Below are positions 60,818 through 64,000 of a DNA stretch of 64,000 bases, piece by piece (within the stretch, counting starts at the first letter, position 1; each line of letters opens with the position of its first letter). The position numbers and the translations under genes are program-made. The stretch covers positions 1-64,000 of the forward strand of contig JANJGN010002529.1 in the NCBI GenBank assembly GCA_026770705.1. The letters are read 5' to 3'. This DNA is from Isurus oxyrinchus. Taxonomy: Eukaryota. The notes under the pieces are model-generated. The model searched no databases, had not been told where the DNA came from, and worked only from the letters and a program-made list of their open reading frames with translations.

Positions 60818-63800
60818 AGACGGTGGGGTAGCTGCAATGTCACTGGTCCCTGTAAGGCCTTAGGTCACTTAGGAACGCGTTGACCTGCCGGTGTCTGTCA
60901 CTTACAGATGTTGACTGCGTTGTATTACATCGTGATTACTTTATGATGTGGTGCAATATTTCCAGGATTGTTATCCTCCTGATTCTATTCTGTTCTCCCC
61001 GCTTTACAAAACTTCTCCAACTCTCAGGCGGTGCTGATGTGGAGACTGGGTTCAATCTCACCCCCCCCCCACCCCCCACCCCGGCCCCCCACAGCAACTA
61101 GTGGAATTGAATCTGTTCAATTAATTAATAAAACCAATCTCGAATTGAAAACAGCTTAGTCCCAATGGCGATCATCTATTGTCATAAAAAATCTGATTCT
61201 CTAATGTCCTTTTGAGAAGGGAACCTGCAGTCCTTACGTGGTCTGACCTGCATGTGACTCCACAGCCCCAGCCATGTAGTTGATCTTTAAGTGCCCTCTA
61301 GAATGGCCTAGCAAGGTAATTCGTGTTGGGAAGCAACTTCTGGCTGTATTCATATATTCCCTGATATATTTGGTCTCTTTGCTGCCCTCTTAACGCAGCA
61401 TTTAAAAGTGTCGTGTGATTAAATCAAATCTCGCTGGCACTTCTACTAAATCATCAGTCACTCTTATCTCCCATGTTGATTACAAATTCCCCACTGAACA
61501 GGATGTTGCTTCCATTTAGTGGACATTTTCACTTCATTGACACATCGCAATTAGTGCCAAATATGAATCATCAAAAATTACAGTTGCTGAGATATGGTGT
61601 TAATCTCTACTTGGACAAAACATATCCATGGAATCGAATGAAGTTAGACAGAGAGAAACAGACAAAGTAAACCGATTGATAAATTTCACAAGATGTGTAT
61701 AATTTGTTATAATACTCCTGAGCAAAGTAAGGAGCTAAAACTGCAATAGAATGGAACATAGCAGACAACATAGTGAAAGAAATCAAGTTATTTTCAAAAT
61801 CATCTTATTTTCAATTTCCAAGCTATCTGACGCAATGATGTTTAAACCTAACTGAAAGTGAAACATACTAGATGAAACGAAGTTATGCACGGTAACATTG
61901 AACGTAATACAGTCGGTGCAAACACGAGCAGAAAACTTTCCGTTAGGATTCAGTTAGCAGTTGGTTTTCAAATGCTAGGGCGCATAAAAGATCAAAAGCT
62001 AAAAAGTTCGACAGGAAAATAATCCCGAGGAACTTCTTTGATTGAACCGAAAAGGATTATTTCAGTAAAAAAGCAATTTCTTAAAAAAGATCTTGTGTTT
62101 CTGAATGTCCGGCCAAACAGGTCTGGAAAAAAAAGACAGTCTGTTTAACTACAAAACCAACTCATTTTAGAACAATAATATAATTTTTAAAGTTACATAT
62201 GAAAAGTTAATGCTCCCGATCTCTCTCTCATCCTCTCTCTGCACGTCCTTTCTCTATTTCATTCCCTCTCGAAGTAAAGCTCCCTCTACGTTGTCAAAAA
62301 GAAACCCAGGGCAGAAACAGCACGGGGTTAGATACAGAATAAAGCTTCCCCTATAACATCCACATCAAACACTCCCAGAGCAGGTAAAGCACGGGGTTAG
62401 ATACAGAGTAAAGCTTCCTGCATACTGTCCCCATCAAACACCCCCAGGACAGGTACAGCACGGGGTTAGATCCAGAGTAAAGCTCCCTCTATAATGTCCC
62501 TGTAAATCACACCCAGATTTGACGCAACTGTTAGTCTAAGGGAGAGAGGGGCAGACGAGGACAGAGACAGAAAGATATAGAGGCAGGGAGAAACAGAGAC
62601 AGTCAAAGAGAGAGAGAGAGAGAGAGCCTGCCGCTCATTCTATCAAATCCTTCGGTTCAATTTCTGATTTCCAGCAAATTGTGTTTTAATTTTGTCCCAT
62701 TGTGCGATTTCAGTCTGACTAAATCCGGTTCTGCTGAGCAACGGACATCGAACTGTCAGCGACTGCAGTACAGAAACCGATCGTTTAACTGCTGTTTTGA
62801 ACTGGAGAAACTGAACAGTGAGAACGGTTAACAGCTGCACGTCCCTCAGGCATTGAGGCTAGGTGGTTAGAAAATGTGGTAGTTGAGAGCGGCAGTCTCT
62901 AACATCCCCACTCACCTCCACTATTTATTAGTTGTTTTTATTAAACTGCTAAAAGATGGGGAGATGTAAGACAGAAATACGAGGAGTTCATATACCCGCC
63001 AATTCTACAACATTGTTTTGTTAAACATTACAGTATTTAATGGTTTTAATCCCAATTGCCTTCAGTTGCCCCAATTAAATCCCAATCGCCTTCAACAACT
63101 GCCTTTCCAAGAGCGTCTTTTAAACCCATGAACTTATCTGTCATTGTCACACACTGTGCCAAAATTTCTTTTTGCTTTAAATAAATTGCTTGTTATTTCC
63201 CTGTCAGCCCAACATTCTATTTTTCGGTCCCCCTCTCTGCATCTCTCTCCCTGGGACAAACTTAACCTCTGCATCTGGAGACATAATATTTCCGTACACG
63301 AACAGAAGGAGGCTATTCAGCCCCTCGAGCTTGCTCCGCATTTACTAAGAGAATTGTTGCTCTGTCCATCAATTTCAGTACCTTACCTCCATTTTCTTTA
63401 ATCAACAAAAGTAGGAGCAGCACTGATAAACAAACTCCCAGGAATGGAGTTCAATTGCACGTGAGCATTCATTTATTCTATTTTATGCCCATTACCTCAA
63501 TCACTCGACCATCCCGCTTCACTGGAATTGCCTAGCGTTCAATCAACCAGATGGTTAGTTGGTTTCCCTCAAAATTTTATTAATCCCTATCCTCATCTTG
63601 GAGCATATTTTGTTATAGTCATCAATGCCTAGATGCTCCACTGCCTTTACTTCTCACCCTGATCAGTTTCATTCGCCGTTACCTTGCCTTTCTTTTTTAT
63701 TTGCATTTTGCTTTATAAAGACAACAGTGCACACTGTGGGAACTCAATTCCCTTAGCCCCTTTACATACTTCTTCTACTGACGTAATACTACGTTGCGCA

Positions 63801-64000
63801 AGCCCCATTATTATTAATCTGTTTGTTACCAAATTCCTTAATTTGTCTGCATATTTCTTTCTTCAACTTCCTTCAAGACACACAACAATTCAGAGATAGA
63901 GTTATGGAAATAAAGAGCTAGAGAGTGACACAAAGATACACAAAGAGAGTAAAATACAGAGGGAGAGAGAGTCCAGATGGTGAGTTTTATTGTAACGTTT

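Larger units (their letters stand above)
58146..64000. repeat. Segmental duplication copy B
   Basis: Matches 1-5625 and runs to the window end. Confidence 0.97.

Overview
Eukaryotic genomic DNA, almost certainly from a cartilaginous fish (shark). The window is part of the V-segment region of a T-cell receptor alpha/delta locus. I find 14 V segments in mixed orientation, 13 of them with a recognisable RSS and nearly all visibly damaged. One is a NAR-TCR cassette on the minus strand: leader, IgNAR-like V, J, then a leaderless 'supporting' TCR-delta V with the matching extra cysteines. Also present are an intact two-exon GPR139-like class A GPCR gene, a GPCR pseudogene fused to a truncated V, an LTR/env remnant, Penelope and CR1/L2 LINE fragments, and an assembly gap. 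Bases 1-5625 recur at 58146-64000, suggesting a ~58-kb duplication unit. The most unusual signals concern recombination signals: (1) the NAR-TCR V has a long D-like tail, an apparent 12-bp-spacer RSS and no separate D, i.e. a probable germline-joined VD; (2) two other V segments have 12-bp spacers where their paralogues have 23; (3) the supporting V has a tandem RSS array; (4) small deletions recur at V 3' ends. Together these may be footprints of germline RAG activity. All calls were made by eye; no database searches were run.
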